A DNA stretch of 64,000 bases from Malacoraja senta (taxonomy: Eukaryota), in contig CM075994.1 of the NCBI GenBank assembly GCA_038087875.1, forward strand, positions 9,114,001 through 9,178,000. The letters are read 5' to 3'. Below, in pieces: positions 62,270-64,000 of this stretch. The number at the start of each line of letters is the position of its first letter. Position 1 is the first letter of the stretch. Under the pieces are notes generated by a model. The model made no database searches, was not told the DNA's origin, and worked only from the letters and a program-made list of their open reading frames with translations. The position numbers and the translations under genes were made by a program.

Positions 62270-63043
62270 ATCATGTGTAGATTATTATCTAAATGGTGTC
62301 AAGTTGGGAAAAGGGGAAGTACAACGGGATCTGGGGGTTCTTTGTTCATCAGTCACTGAAAGTATGCATGCAGGTACAGCAGGCAGCGAAGAAAGCGAAT
62401 GGCATGTTGGCCTTTATAACACGAGGAGTTGAGTGTAGGAGCAAAGAGGTCCTTCTGCAGTTGTACAGGGCCCTGGTGAGACCACACCTGGAGTAATGTG
62501 CGCAGTTTTGGTCTCCAGATTTGAGGAAGGACATTCTTGCTATTGAGGGAGTGCAGCGTAGGTTCACAAGGTTAGTTCCCGGGATGGCGGGACTGTCATT
62601 TGCTAAGAGAACGGAGCGGCTGGGCTTGTATACTATGGAATTTGGAAGGATGAGAGGCTATCTTATTGAAACATATAAGATTATTACGGGTTTGGACACG
62701 CTAGAGGCAGGAAACATGTTCCCGATGTTGGGGGAGTCCAGAACCAGGGGCCACACAGTTTAAGAATGAGGGGTAAGCCATTTAGAACGGAGACGAGGAA
62801 ACACTTTTTCACACAGAGAGTTGTGAGTCTGTGGAATTCTCTGCCTCAGAGGGCGGTGGAGGCCGGTTCTCTGGATACTTTCAAGAGAGAGCTAGATAGG
62901 GCTCTTAAAGATAGCGGAGTCAGGGGATATGGGGAGAAGGCAGGAACGGGGTACTGATTGGGGATGATCAGTCATGATCACATTGAATGGCGGTGCTGGC
63001 TCGAAGGGCCGAATGGCCGACTCCTGCACCTATTGTCTATTGG
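62270..63043 (+). mobile_element. CR1 3' fragment
   Basis: QQAAKKANGMLAFI, LVRPHLE, RRFTRLVPG; (ATTGTCT) tail. Confidence 0.9.
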
Positions 63044-63187
63044 CTTTTGTGCCTGCTGTGAGTTCAAGGCATCATCCTGATTGATACAATTAACTATTTT
63101 GACAAGTGCGAACTAGTTTCTGCGGTCCCTGGGCGTGATATGATTGCAATTCTTTCATTCAAGGCTAGCATCTTATGATGTGTAGGA

Positions 63188-64000
63188 ATTGTGTGCCGGG
63201 CCAAGTGGCAGATCTCATCCTGGACTATTACAACCAGTTCAGCATGAGAGTCTCATCAGGGTCAGTAACATCAGAGTGGCACAGATTGGAGGTTGGGATC
63301 ATCCCAGGCTGTACCATCCCTGTGATCCTTTTTGCCTTGGCGATGAACATGATCGTCAAGTCCGCTGAGCCAGAGTGTCGGGGCCCTCGGACCAAGTCAG
63401 GAGTGCGCCAACCACCAATCAGAGCCTTCATGGACGACCTGACAGTCACCACTGAGTCAGTGCCAGGAGGCAGGTGGATCCTGCAGGGGTTGGAGAAACA
63501 GATTGGATGGGCAAGGATGAGGCTTAAGCCAGGAAAATCAAGGTGACTGGTGCTGAAGAAGGGCAAAGTCATGGACAGGTTCCGCTTCATCATCCAAGGG
63601 ACACCAATCCCAACTGTCTCCGAAAGGCCAGTGAAGAGTCTTGGCAAGGTGTTTAACAGCAGCCTGAAGGATACAGCATGTGTCCAGGCAACCTGTCAGG
63701 AGCTGGCGAGCTGGTTGAGAGCAGTGGACCGGTCGGGGCTTCCCGGCAAGTTCAAGGCATGGATCTACCAGCATGGGATCCTGCCAAGGATACTCTGGCC
63801 ACTGCTTGTCTACGAAGTCTCAACATCCATCGTAGAGAGATTGGAGAGGAAAGTCAGCAGCTTCCTCAGGAGGTGGCTGGGACTGCCCAGGAGCATTAGC
63901 AGCATCGCCCTATAGGGAAACAACACCAAGCTCCAGCTGCCCCTGAAGTCCCTGGAGGAGGAGTTTAAGGTGACTCGGGCCAGAGAGGTGATGCTGTACA
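63188..64000 (+). mobile_element. Hero-type (R2/NeSL superfamily) non-LTR RT fragment, runs off the window
   Basis: DLILDYYN, GIIPGCTIPVILFALAMNM, RAFMDDL, GLPGKFKAWIYQHGILPRILWP, RRWLGLP; stops at 63544-63546 and 63913-63915. Confidence 0.75.

Overview
Repeat-dense eukaryotic DNA. The repeat content (CR1 LINEs with octamer tails, HE1-type V-SINEs, Penelope-like, Rex1, L1, L2 and Hero elements) points to a cartilaginous fish, probably a skate or ray; this is an inference. The host-gene content is a tandemly duplicated minus-strand immune-receptor locus. Copy 1 (7013-13701) is an intact four-exon gene: leader, V1, V2, TM/cytoplasmic. All introns are phase 1 with GT-AG ends, and by-hand splicing gives 276 aa. 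It encodes two germline-joined VJ-type Ig domains resembling NKp30/NCR3, a transmembrane Lys and a 14-aa tail with no tyrosine, i.e. a predicted two-domain activating receptor. Copy 3 (47685-51276, running into a gap) has the same architecture but a nonsense codon in V1 and a +1 frameshift in V2. The middle unit (about 21.7-32.4 kb) keeps the flanks but lacks all coding exons. Filled versus empty TE sites order the duplications. More than 20 Penelope-type termini carry a minimal hammerhead-ribozyme core. Three N gaps limit interpretation. All alignments and family calls were made by eye, with no database searches; TE boundaries are approximate unless junctions are quoted.
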